Source: Squalus acanthias
Lineage: Eukaryota
DNA: 64,000 nucleotides
Assembly (NCBI GenBank): GCA_030390025.1
Contig: CM059433.1
Coordinates: 28,584,001 to 28,648,000 of the forward strand
Reading direction: 5' to 3'
Below the pieces are notes generated by a model. The model did not search any database. It was not told the origin of the DNA and saw nothing but the letters and a program-made list of their open reading frames with translations. Of the stretch, positions 25,451-38,535 are shown piece by piece. The stretch's first letter is position 1, and each line of letters begins with the position of its first letter. A program made the position numbers and the translations under genes.

Positions 25451-25979
25451 TTCTTGCTTTCAAGAGTGACCCAGTTTCTCTCGCGTATGTTGATTGCACG
25501 GCTAGTTGGGATTATTGAAGTGTACATTCCATGAGGGGATTAAGCGCTTTGACTTTCCAATATGAACCTGGTCTGTTCTTATGGATACTCTCTGTTGTGT
25601 GTCCCTCTCCTTCCTCTGTGGTCTCATTTTCTCTTCTTCAATTAAAAACAGAAATCATCTGATTGAGGTGAAAAACAACTTTAATTTGCTGACAAAGTGA
25701 TTTCATTGAATCAGCTGCATTACAATTATTGAATAAGCAGGGACGTTTAGAAAGCCAATAGTCACAGATATTGAATAACCTGCCTTACAATTCTTTCCAT
25801 GCTTCTCGAATGTTTAGAGGAACAAGATACAAAGTTCTGAACAAAATAATACAAGTTATAATATTTTCCAGAGAGAAAGGAAATAATCTAGGCCTTACCA
25901 ACATTCAGCAAGTGAGCAGACTGTTCAATCAAGTTAAAGAATGGGTTTATTTACAGAGAACTGAACAGTGACATAATGG

Positions 25980-26320
25980 GTCTTTAATATTATGAAGATC
26001 GATAGGGTAGATATAGATCAAATGTTTCCATTTGTAGGGGAGTCCGAAACTAGGGGCAATGAATATAAGACAGTTACTAATAAATCCAATAGGGAAGTTA
26101 CCCAGAGAGTGGTGAGAATGTGGAACTCGCTACCACATGGAGTGGTTGAGACGAATCGCATCGATGTATTTAAGGGGAAGCTAGATAAACACATGAGGGA
26201 GAAAGGGATAGAAGAATATGCTGATAGGGTGAGATGAAGTAAGATGGAGTGGAGCATAAAAACTGGCATGGACCAGTTGAGCCGAATGGCCTGTTTCTAT
26301 ATTGTAAATTCTATGCAAAA
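25980..26320 (+). mobile_element. CR1 3' fragment
   Basis: TQRVVRMWNSLPHGVVE. Confidence 0.85.
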
Positions 26321-26464
26321 CACTAAACCAACTTGTAGCTTTCCTTCTTCATCAAGCTTCTCTATAACAGTATATATTATTATTATGAGGTTCTGTTTAC
26401 AGACTGGCCAGGATTCTTCTCAATGATCCTGCCCAAAATTGGGTGACAATGATAGGAATTTTGG

Positions 26465-27200
26465 GGGGTGGGATAGAGGAGCAAAGGGTACTGGGGGTAC
26501 AGCTGCACAAATCATTAAATATAGCGACACAGGTTAACAAGGCCAGTAAAAAATGCGAACAAAACACTGGGGCTCATTTCCAGAGGGATGGAATTGAAAT
26601 GCAGAAAAGTTATGTTAACCTTGTATTGAATTTTGGTTAGATCACACTTGGAGTACTGTGCACAGTTCTGGTCTCCATATTACAGAAAGGACATAGAGAC
26701 ACTGGAGAAGGTGCAAAAAAAAATTAAAAGATGATACCAGAACTGATAGCTTATAGCTATCAGGAAAGACTGAACAGTTTGGGGCTCTTTTCTCTAGAAA
26801 AGAGAAGGCTAAAGGGTGACCTGATCGAGGTCTTTAAGATTATGAAGGGTTTCGATAGGGCAGATGTAGGGGAGATGTTATCACTTGTGGGGGAGACCAA
26901 AACTAGAGGCCATAAATATAAGATAGTCACCAATAAATCCAATAGGGAGTTCAGGAGAAACTTCTTTCCCCAGAGAGTGGTGAGAATGTGGAACTCCCTA
27001 CCACATGGAGTAGTTGAGGCAAATCGCATAGATGCATTTAAGGGGAAGCTAGATAAACACATGAGGGAGAAAGAATAGAAGGATATGCTGATGGGGTGAG
27101 ATGAAGAGGGGTGGGAGGAGGCTTGTGTGGAACATAAACACCGGTACAGACCTGTTGGGCCGAATGGCCTGTTTCTGGGCTGTACACGCGATGTAATTCT
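26465..27200 (+). mobile_element. CR1 3' fragment
   Basis: ORF 26731-27078 is CR1 ORF2 C-terminus. Confidence 0.88.
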
Positions 27201-27748
27201 ATCACCAGCTCACCAGGATTCCCCCTCCCCCGCCGCCACCTCCCCCCACGCCCCAACTGCCGCTGGCTGCTCGGTTCCCATCCATCACATGCAAACGGTG
27301 ACAGTGGGCGGGGCCTCGGCCCCCGAAGGCTTTCGGTCCCCCGCGTGCCCCACAATATTGCTTCCCCAGGGCCACCATGGGGAAGGTGGCAGCTGGATCC
27401 GGGAAACAGTGCTAACAACCTTCAGGTCGGCCGTGTGGAGGGAGAGGACTTTGCAACCCCAAATTCTCACCCACTGAACGTCCCAGTCTAGGTGAGACTG
27501 CGATTCTGATCTTCGGGGGTGGAGGGGGAGGGCTCCTACCCCTTTAAGGTTCCTTGCTCGCTCCTCTGGTGCTGCAGTGTTGATATTCCCCTCTTCGCAC
27601 TGGTTGGGCTCGACCTTGGCAGTGGGAATCCCACACTGAGCTTATCCTGCATATAAGGTGAACCTCAATGGAGGGGAATAGGTCGAGGTAGAGATGTGGC
27701 AGAAGTCCTGCCCCGAAGAGAGGAATCTTAGCCACTTGTCTAAATGCA

Positions 27749-27911
27749 GGGCCTAGAAATTAGGGGGCAGCTATTTTTGGGTGCACCCCCTGCCCTTTGC
27801 ACAGTGGAGTTACCCCACACACAAATGGAGAGGTTTGAGGAGACCCGAATATTGGGCCTCATTATCATGAGCGGGATAAGCCCACCGGGAAGAAGGTGTC
27901 AATTTTCCAGC
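27749..27911. mobile_element. Harbinger-type MITE (degenerate)
   Basis: Starts GGGCCTAGAAATT. Confidence 0.5.
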
Positions 27912-27964
27912 ATTCGTCTCCTTTAAGTTATCCTTTTCTCCGCCGTTCCTATTGTATTTGAATC

Positions 27965-28050
27965 AGAAGTCGCACAACACCAGGTTATAGTCCAACAGAT
28001 TTATTTAATTTTACAAGCTTTCGGAGCTGTTCGCTCCTTCTTCAGGTAAG
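27965..28050 (-). ncRNA. Short element with minimal type I hammerhead ribozyme (core 28011-28049)
   Basis: Minus strand UUAC-CUGAAGA-A-GGAGC[gaaca]GCUCC-GAAA-GC-UU-GUAA. Confidence 0.75.
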
Positions 28051-28294
28051 GTAGCTGTGAGAGAATCTCCCAGAATTCACAATATAAACACAGAAAAAAT
28101 CTATTCAAATCTTTCCCTACGCCACATATTGTATTTGAGACAGACAGGACATTTTCAAAATAAACAAGAAATGCAAAATTTCAAATGCAGGTATCACTTG
28201 TCACGTACAGTGCTTTTAACCTCCCACGGGGAGTACTGAGAGAGTGGGTGGGAAGCAGATTGGGTTTTAACATGATTGGTGATAATGATTGTTG

Positions 28295-28940
28295 TTCTTA
28301 GGATTTTAAAGGGACTGGATAATGTAGACCATGATAAGCTGTTTCACCTTGTCCAGAACAGCAGAACCAGAGGACATGATCTGCGGTGGAAGGGGGGTAA
28401 ATTCAAAACTAATCTGCGGAAACGTTACTTCAGTGAGCGAGTGGTCAATCTATGGAACAGATTCACTAGGGAGATGGAGGAAGCACTTAGTATTGATTCA
28501 TTCAAATGCAAATTAGATAGATTTCTTTCAGAAAATAATATTTTGGGATACGGTATATGAGTAATTTGAGACATGATATGTGGTAAGTGTAACATGCTTG
28601 GGAGGAATAAGTGACTTTGGACCTATGGTCTGGGTCTGTTGTAGGCTAATTGATAGAGATTGATTGCTATAATTAGTCAACAACTCCATTATCATTATAT
28701 CATGTGACTACCAGGATGATTGAAGGATTTGCTAGGGTAGATAGAGATAAACTATTTCCTCTGGTGGGGGGAGTCCAGAACAAGGGGGCATAACCTTAAA
28801 ATTAGAGCCAGGCCGTTCAGGGGTGATGGCAGGAAGCACTTCTTCACACAAAGGGCTAAAAGGGTTAAATTATCAGCCATGATAATTGAATGGCGGAACA
28901 GGCTTGAAGGGTTGAATGGCCTACTCCTGTTCCTATGGTA
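28295..28940 (+). mobile_element. CR1 3' fragments (two subfamilies abutting)
   Basis: RILKGLDNVD...YFSERVVNLWNR; then GFARVDRDKLF...HFFTQR. Confidence 0.8.
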
Positions 28941-29214
28941 GAAGGGGAAGTCGATGGACCAAGGTCTTTTTTTGTCTAGGAATTCCGATGTTCCAAGCAC
29001 TGGCCGTGGGTACAGAGGGAGGAGGTGGAAAGCAAGCTGGGCCTCAGGGCAGCCCTGCGGCATCGAAGAAGCAGATCAGGCCCGGGGTGAGCCTGCAGCC
29101 AGAAGGTAATGGATGGAAGGTAGGAAGGCCTGAGGCAGAGAGAGAGAGTGAGCAGGAGTGAGGGTGGGCAGCTTTCGGCAAGGAAAGTTGTCAAAGCCAC
29201 TGAAGAAGAACAGC

Positions 29215-29385
29215 GAATAGCATAGATGCATTTAAGGGGAAGCTAGATAAGCACATGAGGAAGAAAGGAATAGAAGGTTATGTTGCTAAGATTAGATGAA
29301 GAGGGGTGGGAGGAAGCTCGTGTGGAGCATAAACACCAGCCTGAATCAGTTGGCCCAAATGACCCGAGTGTATGTAATTCTATGT
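29215..29385 (+). mobile_element. CR1 3' tail
   Basis: Matches 27030-27200. Confidence 0.75.
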
Positions 29386-29789
29386 AACAGCATTCCAGTT
29401 GATGTGCTGTTTTGTAGTACTCACGTCAGTAATGACCTTGATGTATCTGGGGTTCGGTTCCTAATGAAAGGATTCAGATCCTGTAAAGGTGCATTGAAGT
29501 CCTTGCAACTATTTTATCTTCACAGTTAAAATAACTGAAACCTTTCCAGGAGAAATTACAGTTGGCTCCAGGCACCAAATAAAGTGTCAGGAATGAAAGT
29601 TTTCCGGTCGGCATTCCTCTGAGTTCTCTACACACCCACCCCGCCCACCATCAAAAATAAACGCTACCTCTTCAGCAGTTCCATCCTCTCGGTAATTTCT
29701 AAATCCACCACTACTGCAAACCGCACCTTTGCACAACTTTTCTCTTCTCTAACAAAACTGATTGAATGTCAGGTCAACCTGGAACTTAA

Positions 29790-30800
29790 GTTATGTCAAG
29801 CTTCAATCTAAGTATTGCCTCGGAGAGCTGGGAGAAATACCACTTTATGTTGGAACATGATCTGCCGTTCCAAAGACACCTCCCAGCTATCTCAGGACCC
29901 TGGAGTACAAACTGTGCTACTCCTACCTGGGCATGTCAGGTGATATTTGTACTTAGCGTCTCTGCTTCACTGTACAGGCAGTGACAGAGATGCTGCAGAC
30001 ATCAAGACTGGAACAGATCCTTCTGTTGCTGTGAAGGTAACACTGGCATTGGACATCTCGGCCACGACAGGGGACCTCTTTGAGATAACCCATGTCTGCA
30101 GTTCATTCCTGCATCAAGCAAATAACTAATGCCATGTTTGCTTGACTTCACCAGGGGAAATGAGAAACCAACTGAAGAGGGAACAGAACTTTTACCAATT
30201 GGCATGCTTCTCAAGATGTCCATGGTGCCATAGATGGAACTTGCGACCATCAAAATCCCTCACAACCCCAATGCAGACACTGATAGGACGGGTTTCCGCT
30301 CCATTAAGATGCAGGTGGTGTCTGACCACAACAGAGCCATCCTGCATGTAATTTTCTGATATCCAAGGGAGCTCCCACGATGCTTTTATTCTCCAGAAGC
30401 CCACAGTTCCTGCACTGTTTGAAGGTGGCAGCAGAGCGGCTCTTGGGAGGTCAGGGCTCTCCATTGCGACTATGACTCCAGATGCCAACTTGGAACCCTC
30501 ACACACAGCAGCGATGTGCAGACATAGCAAGGCCCATGCCGCTACCCAAGTCTCTGTGGAGCACACAAGAGGGATTCTGAAGCAACACTTCCATGGTTTG
30601 AGGGCTCCGGTTGGGTGCTGCTATACAGTCCAGACAAAGTCTTCAAAATCACCATCCTCCGCTGCATGATGCACAATTATGCTACACATAGAGGCCTAGC
30701 AGATCCACGCGAGGGGGCGATGAAAAGAAGGAGGCAGAGGGTCATGATGGGCCGGCAGGGAAAATGGTCCGAAACACAATAATTCTGAACTTCTACCATT
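29790..30800 (+). pseudogene. Decayed PIF/Harbinger DDE transposase (HARBI1-like)
   Basis: Across frameshifts: SVAVKVTLAL, VHGAIDGT, RTGFRSIKMQVVSD, GSSHDAFIL, LLGGQGSPL, HAATQVSVEHTRGILKQHF, YSP..CMMHN. Confidence 0.85.
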
Positions 30801-31199
30801 AAGAGGTGTCTACTTCCACCTACCATCTTTCATCTAACTTTCATCTCCAATACAGTGGATGCTCCGTATGTATCACATTCACTGTACTCCTGTTGATCTG
30901 GTAAGTTGCCCACCACTCCAGCACTGTTTTCCCCCTCCGCGCCCCCCCCCCATCACCCCCCCTCTCACCCCCCCCCCCCCGCCCCCACCACCATTCCTCC
31001 CCAAACAGCTTTACCCCTCCCTATCTCTGTAACCTCCTCCATCCCTGCAACCCTCTGAGAACTTTGTGCTCCTCCAATTCTGGCTTCCTGCGCATCCTCA
31101 ATAGGGATGTTGTTGTTGAGTAAGTTGTGCTAGATCCACTTCTGAACCTTAAACTATGGCGTAGTGCTCCCTGAGTGGGAGGAGCAACTATGGTGACAG

Positions 31200-31770
31200 T
31201 AAAACAACTTGCAGTTTTATAGCGCCTTTAACATAGTAAAACATCCCAAGGCGCTTCACTGGTGCGTTATCAGACAAATTTTAACACGGAGCCACATAAG
31301 GAGATATTAGGAGAGGTGACTATAAGCTTGGTCAAAGAGGGAGGTTTTATGGAGTGTCTTAAAGGATGACAGAGAGGTAGAGAGGCAGGGTGGTTTAGAG
31401 AGGGAATTCCAGAGCTTAGTGCCTAGGCAGCTGAAGGCACGGCCGCCAATGGTGGAGCGAAGGAAATCGGGAATGCGCAAGAGGCCAGAATTGGAGGAAC
31501 GGAGCGATCTCAGAGGGCTGTAGGTCTGGAGGAGGTTACAGAGATAGGGAGTGGTGAGGTCATGGAGGGATTTAAAAATAAGGATGAGAATTTTAAAATT
31601 GAAGCATTGCTTAACCGGGAGGTCAGTGAGCACAGGGTGAAAGGGACTTGGTACGAGTTAGGATATAGGCTGCAGAGTTTTGGATGAGCTCGAGCTTACG
31701 GAGGGTGGAGGGTGGAAGGTGGGAGGTCGGAGTGGTCGAGTCTGAAGGTAACGAAAGATGGATGAGGTGG
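31200..31770 (-). mobile_element. L2 3' fragment
   Basis: KLELIQNSAAYILTRTK; FKILILIFKSLH...GGRAFSCLGTKLWNSL. Confidence 0.88.
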
Positions 31771-32144
31771 GGGTTCTGTGAGCCTCTGGGATGGTCATAG
31801 CCCTGACCCTCCAGCTGCAGGATCCCTAGATACTCTGCAACAACTGGAGCAGGAGTGACAATACAGTGCCTGCCCTCTCTCAGGCACTTTCTCAATTGTT
31901 GGTGGGGTGGCTGGCTGGAGGGGAAGGTTGTGCTTTCTTGAGAAGAAGCCTCCTTGCAGCCCAGTCTGGAGCCATGCCACCCGTGCTGGGCAATCAGGTT
32001 GGAGGTCCAGCAAGCAGCATGAGAACAGTCCACAGGGTAGCGTCGATGTGGGTAAAGCCTGCTATCACTGTTCTTTTCTAAACGATCTCCAATCCAGCTG
32101 AGACAGATTCATGTAAGGGGTTGTCCAAGGTGGCAATTAGTAGA

Positions 32145-32555
32145 TGCCAGCTGTGGCACAGAGGGTCGCAATCTCGCTTCTGAGTCAGAAGGTTGTGGGT
32201 TCAAGTCCCACTCCAGAGCCTTGAGCCCATAATTGTGGCTGACACTCTGGCGCAGTGCTGAGGGAGCGCTGCACTGTCACAGGTGCCATCTTTTGGATGA
32301 GACGTTAAACCGAGGCCCCATCTGCCCTCTCAACTGGATGTAAAAAATCCCTCAGCACTATTTCAAAGAAGTGCAGGGGAGTTCTCCCAGTGTCCTGGCC
32401 AATATATATCACCGAAACATCATTATCACATTGCTGTTTGTGGGATCATGCTGTGCACAAATTGGCTGCCACGTTTCCTACATTACAACAGTGACTAAAC
32501 TTCAAAAACATACTTCATTAGCTGTAAAGCACTTTGGGACGTCTTGAGATTGACT
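32145..32555 (+). mobile_element. DeuSINE
   Basis: Head, core and tail. Confidence 0.85.
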
Positions 32556-32594
32556 TGTGAGAGAATGCAGTTCTGCACTTGGGTCTCTGTCACC

Positions 32595-32892
32595 TCTTCC
32601 GAGATCTCTGCGCTCCTCAAATTCTGACCTCTTGCGCATCCCCGACTTTAATCGCTCCACCACTGGCGGCCGTGCCTTCTGCTGCCTAGTCCCTAAGCTC
32701 TGGAATTCCCTCCATAAGCGGCTCCACCTCTCTCTGCTCCTTAAAACCTATCTCTTTGACCAAGCTTTTGGTCACCTGTCTTAATAGCTCCTTATGTGAC
32801 TCGCTGTTAAGTTTTGTTTGATTACGCTCCCGAGAAGCGCCTTGGTACTTTTTACTATGTTAAAGGCACTGTATAAATGCAAGTTGTTGTTG
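32595..32892 (+). mobile_element. L2 3' end
   Basis: RSLRSSNSDLLRIPDFNRSTTGGRAF; (TTG)n tail. Confidence 0.85.
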
Positions 32893-33459
32893 TCCCTCTC
32901 TGCTTTGAAGATGCCTGTCACCCTATGCCATTCCACACTAGAGGAAATCCCTCCCACAGCACTGTAGTGAAGTCAGAGGTGCTCTGCTGCAAGGTCTTGG
33001 ACAGGCGGTGTGTGCTACTCATGGCGGACACTAAGGTAGAACCTAATACCTTGTCCTCCTCAATCAACTCATGTCTGAAGGCAGGCCCAATCCCTTGCCC
33101 ATGCCATGCGGACATGTTATGGGCTCATGGCCTGCTCTAACCTGTCACCTTTCTCTGCTGCTCCCATGACCTGCTCCCCCCTCTATTGTGCTTTACCTGG
33201 TACCTATTCTTCAAGCTCACTAATTGCTTGCTCTGAGGCGCCAGTAGCCAGACTGGTGCTGGATGCAGGAAGAGTACTTGACCGAATCTGCTGTCCTGTA
33301 TGAGAGACCATGGTGCTACTGTGTCCTGGGCCGTCATCCTGGGAAGAACCTACAGGAAGACCAAAAGACAACCAGTTACAATGCATCGCCTTCAAAGAGA
33401 GGTAAAGACATAAGACATTTTGGGTATGATACAGTTGCTTAGCTGTTGTAGCCCAAACG

Positions 33460-33822
33460 TAGAAAGAAAAAACTTGCATTTAAACAGCACCTTTCACAAC
33501 CTCAGGACATCCCAAATCACTTCACAGCCAATGAGGTACTTTTGAAGTGTAGTCATTGTTGTAATGCAGGAAACGTGGCTGCCAATTGGCGCACAGCAAG
33601 CTCCCACAAACAGCAATGTGATAATGACCAGATAATCTGCTGTTAGTGATGTTGGTTGAGGAATAAATATTGGCTAGAACACCGGGAGGAACTCCCTTGC
33701 TCTTCTTCGAACTAGTCCCATGGGATTTTTTATGTCCACCTGAGAGGGCAGACAGGGCCTCGGTTTAGCATCTCATCTGAAAGATGACACCTCCGACAGC
33801 ATTCCCTCAGTACTGCACTGGA
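33460..33822 (-). mobile_element. DeuSINE 3' part
   Basis: Reverse-complement match. Confidence 0.85.
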
Positions 33823-34289
33823 GAAGGAAGACAAGGAGTATGGGCAAGAAGTCCAATAAAGTTGGCACTACACCTCCCAACTTCCTTGGGAAACAGCGTG
33901 AAGGCCATCTTCTTATGTGGAATGAAGTACTTAATAGTTGCCAGGCCACCATCAGTCGGGATCGTCTTCTATTGCAGAGTGACAAATATCAGAGGAACTC
34001 ATCCAGCCTCCCCAAGTAGGACCTCGTGCCCTCAACACCTTCTTCCAGCAAGTGGGATGGTCTGGTCCTTTTGGCGCAAGTACTGAATTGGAGCAAGGAT
34101 TAAGTGGAAGATGTTAGGTGGCACCGCTGGCATTTTGTACTGTGCTGTGGAAAAGGAAATAGGTTGTCCTCTTCCTGTATTGTTGACGGCGGGGGGGGGT
34201 GGACTTCAAATCCTGTGAGTCGCATCTTCCATGGAGACGGAGCAATCCATTTATCTTTGCACTTCTGAAAACCAAATCTGCATCTTCTG

Positions 34290-34470
34290 CCGGGTTGCTG
34301 GACCTGCTGCACAGGACTTGCTCTGCTGTTGCCTTCCACAGTCTGAGTTACTGCCTTTGCAGGAGGATGGTCTTCTGCCCCATTCTCCCTTGCTGAATCT
34401 CCTGCAGGTGGACCACCGAGAAAGGTGCAGTTTCGGTCATGTTGCTCCTTCCAACCAAGACTCGTGATGT
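34290..34470 (-). pseudogene. Possible decayed Harbinger Myb/SANT exon
   Basis: TAPFSVVHLQEI...LRLWKATAEQV loosely parallels the 43350 exon; converges on the 29790 transposase. Confidence 0.3.
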
Positions 34471-34738
34471 TGAAAAGAAGCTTTCAATGGCAAAAATATG
34501 ACTTCCCTTTAAGGGTGAGCATCTTCCCTTTAAATGCTGACCCAATTTTGCAATTGGCAACTAGCCAGCTTGAAGGCCTGAATCTTCGGCCAGTTTCCAC
34601 GGGCAGGAAGCCGTGGAAAATGAGGTGGCGGCTTGTATGTCGCAAATTTCAGTGCAGCCCACCCCCTTCACTACAGACATGCACGCCATCAATTATTTTG
34701 CAAAATCGGGGATTATAACTCGCCTATCCACATACTAG

Positions 34739-35337
34739 GTGTCAGCCGTGGCTCAGTTGGTAGCGCTCTCAACTATCCCTCAACTAATATCACTAAAAAA
34801 CAGATTATTTGGTCATTGCTGTTTGTGGGATCTTTCTGTGTGCAAATTGGCTGCCGCATTTCCTACATTGCAACAGTGACTACACTTGCATTTATATAGC
34901 GTCTTTCACGATCTCGGACCGTCCCAAAGCGTTTTACAACCAATGAAGTACTTTTAAAATGTAGTCACTGTTGTTATGTAGGAAATGCGGCAACTAAATT
35001 GCACACAGCAAGCTCCCACAAACAGCAATGAGATAATGATCAAATAATTTGTTTTAGTGATGTTGGTTGATGGATAAATATTGGCCCAGGACACCAGGGA
35101 GAACTCTCCTGTTCTTCTTTGAATGGTGCAGTGCGATCTTTTACATTCAACCAAAAAGGCAGACAGGGCCTCGGTTTAACATCTCATCCGAAAGATGGCA
35201 CCTCTGGCCATGCAGCACTCCCTCAGTACTGCACTGCAGTGTCAGCCTAGATTATCTGCTCAAGTCTCTGGAGTGAAACTTGAACCCATGGCCTTTCTGA
35301 CTCAGAGGCGAGAGTGCTACCCACTGAGCCACGGCTC
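34739..35337. mobile_element. Two DeuSINEs tail-to-tail (+ deleted copy 34739-34886; - copy 34886-35337)
   Basis: Head gtcagccgtggctcag at the left and its reverse complement at the right. Confidence 0.8.
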
Positions 35338-36549
35338 AATGCTACAGGAGAACACCCATTATATAAGGGTTCAGCGGGTGGTTGAGAAACTGCTCAAGCT
35401 TCATTCCTTGTGGCTTTTAACGTCATCTGAAATCTGAGGCATTGCACCCTTGTAACATGCTCCTAATATCTATTATCCTGTTTTATCACATTCCTAACTG
35501 TCAAAAGAAAAAACTTTGCAGCAACTGAAAAAAATTGAGCAAACGGTCTTCCACTTCTAGCAGGAAGATGAACTCTTAGAGAGTGCAAGCCGGGCAATTG
35601 GGCCGACTGTGTTGTGACCTTACCTCAGACCTGTGCCCCCTAAGAGGCATTCTCCTGGCTTGGAGTGTGGATCACAGAATCAGCTATTAATCTTTAGCAC
35701 TGGAAGCACATCCAATATTTATAACACAGGACTGCGGTGGGAGTACATTGCTTTTATAAGCTTGCCATTTTGTTTTTAGTACGGCTTAGTTACTTTGCTG
35801 TCAATCAATAATTAATGGCATACTCAAAAGGTCTCTGTATCATCAAATTTAATTGTTATCCTGCCAGGGTAGCCAGCTGCATAACTTCTCTGAAGTTAAA
35901 AACAGAGTGGCTGTGCTGTACAGATATTCCCGTAATGCTACTTGTGGTACCTTACCCAGCATCATTTGATGGATTGTGCCTGTCTTGATCTATGCGCTCA
36001 GTGCAACACAGCCTCAGATTTCTATATTAAACCCCTTTGAAGTTATCTTGGAATCTCACCAACATCTGTTGCTCAGCAACACAACCATGTTGTGCTAAAT
36101 GTGCCAAGAGAAGCAAATGTTTTTTTCTCCTCAGAATTCCCCAGTTAGCATTTGATATTCTTAATCAAGATTATGAAGAGCTATAACATCTTCGCACATA
36201 TTACAGACCTCAACGTGTAAGTAATCAGATTGAAGAGCGTAACATTCATTCTGCAATACAATGTAGTTGAAGTACTTTTAAGAAATTTTAATCAAAACCT
36301 TTCTCATTAGGGACAGTTTATAATCTCTTTCAAGCCAATGATATATTACAAAAACCTACATCACCATCATAATGTTGTCTTGAACATTGGGGATGCCTGG
36401 CGATGAGTTACAAGGCTGCAATCTAGCTGAAGAGTTCAGGTGATGAAATACACCACCAAACAAAAGGTTAAACAGTTTCCAAATGTCATCTGAACTCAGA
36501 GATTAGGTTACACAATCTTACACTCCCTTCTTGGTACAGTATAATAGTA

Positions 36550-36670
36550 TCATAGAATCTTACAGCACACAAGGAGGCCATTCGGCCCATCGTTCCTGTA
36601 AAAGAGCTCTCCAATTAGTCCCACTCCCTCTGCCCTTTCCCCATCGCCCTACAACTTTCCCCCTTCTTGG
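36550..36670 (-). mobile_element. CR1 3' tail
   Basis: ggaggccattcggccc motif. Confidence 0.7.
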
Positions 36671-36754
36671 CACCTAATCTTTTATAAAATGAAGAAACAC
36701 TTTTTTTTTGTAAATGAGAAATTATGGGGTAACTATTACAAGGTCACGGTCTTC

Positions 36755-36905
36755 GGAGGTAGATTTTGACTTTGTACGATAGTGTAAAATGGACGATAGT
36801 GAGTCGGCTCGTCCGTTTTACATCTCTCCCCAGTTTTTAAATCAATGGAAATAAAAATCGGGAGAGATTTAAAATGGGCTGCTGACTCACTACCACCCAT
36901 TTTGT
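36755..36905. mobile_element. Hairpin MITE
   Basis: Complementary arms around aatcaatggaa; related to 55240-55394. Confidence 0.55.
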
Positions 36906-36909
36906 TTTT

Positions 36910-37090
36910 ACATAGAATGTACAGTACAGAAACAGGCCATTCGGCCCAACAGGTCTATGCCAGTGTTTATGCTCCACACGAGCCTCCTCCCACCCCTCTT
37001 CATCGAAACCTATCAGCATATTCTTCTATCCCTTTCTCCCTCATGTGTTTATCTAGCTTCCCCATAAAGGCATCTATGCTATTCGCCTCA
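36910..37090 (-). mobile_element. CR1 3' tail
   Basis: Reverse complement of 27030-27200. Confidence 0.8.
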
Positions 37091-37379
37091 AGTATCTATC
37101 TACCTATCTAATCGTATATCTAACTATATATATATATGCACCAGGTAACCACTTTTAAATATATAAAGGAATATTTTTTAATGCAAGAAAACAAAAATAA
37201 ACAATCATGTTCTATTACGTTGGCTGAATGCGCTGGTTCATGAAAGATTTTGTGGTTGTGCAAATAAGTTTGTGTGGAAACTTGAGCCATAACTTCACTT
37301 CGAAAAACTAGCACAATTTTGAGTGCAATTTGCACCCGGATTCTTGATTGCACCCGAGGTGGAAACTCTACCTCACTAT

Positions 37380-37466
37380 CGTATATCTATCTATATATAT
37401 ATATACACACACATATCATATATCTAACATGTATGCATCATATATATAATCATATAAATATATATC

Positions 37467-37518
<52 letters not shown>

Positions 37519-37520
37519 CC
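37380..37520. repeat. (TA)-rich tract and (TCTA)n microsatellite
   Basis: Direct reading. Confidence 0.9.
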
Positions 37521-38359
37521 TTATATCTCTATCTCATATCTGACACCTCTGGCTTTGCCAGTCTCACAGCGATGAGAGTGAGCAATGTGCTCACATTACC
37601 GAACCCCTCATTGCAGTGTAAAAGGGGTATTGGTAAACGCTAAAAGCGTGTGCCAAACATTTATACAGATGTTAACAAGACTGCCATCAGTCTACTGATG
37701 TGTCTTCAGCCTGAAATTGCTGGATTCTAGGTCAAATGTGCATGTAAATCACTTCTGACTACAGACAACTCTCCTTCCCTGCAGGGCAGATTAAATATAG
37801 GATTCTACATGTTGAAGTGTGTAATCTGATTTTGTATATTCCAAGTGATGCTGACTGCACAACTTACAAGTAGCGTAGTCCGTTCATACTGGTCTAACTG
37901 TCTCATTATGCTTTTCCCATGACTCCATTTTGCTTTGCTGTTGTTTTTGGAATTTAAATTGTTCTTTTCCAAAGAGTGTTGGAAAGGAATGAGTGATTTC
38001 CCATTAAAGGGCAGAATGATCCGATTGACAACTTAATGGTGACGCAAAATTCAAACCGTCCCAAAAATCATCCAGGCTCGATGACCTCTGTGCCCAAATT
38101 CCAGACACGTGCTCTGTGCACCGAGAGTGCTAATTTGCAAAGATCTACCTCTTAGTCTTTCCCCCCTAAATTTTCTGCCCAGTATGGAAATCAGATCCCG
38201 AGCAGGATTGCAATTCTGATGACAATCATCGGGATTGGAACATCATGATCTTCTCATTATTGGTTTAGGCTATGAATGTTGATGAGACTTGGGAGAGAAA
38301 CTCCCTGAAGTTTTCAAGATGGTGACTGAAGTTGCCGAAAGTGTTCACTGTGGGGAAGT

Positions 38360-38535
38360 GTTCAATCACGGCTTTCAAAAGGAAGTTGGATAAGTACCTG
38401 AAAGAAAAACATTTGAGGGGTACGGGGGAAGGGCGGGGGAGTGGGACTAGCTGAAGTGCTCTTGCAGAGAGCCGGCACGGGCTCGACGGGCCGAATGGCT
38501 TCCTTCTGTGCTGTAACCATTCTATGATTCTATGA
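38360..38535 (+). mobile_element. CR1 3' tail
   Basis: AFKRKLDKYL; (ATTCTATG)n tail. Confidence 0.8.

Noticed and set aside
29790..30800. Host HARBI1 gene
   Set aside because: Multiple stops and frameshifts and a lost conserved Asp (LLGGQG); a decayed transposon copy
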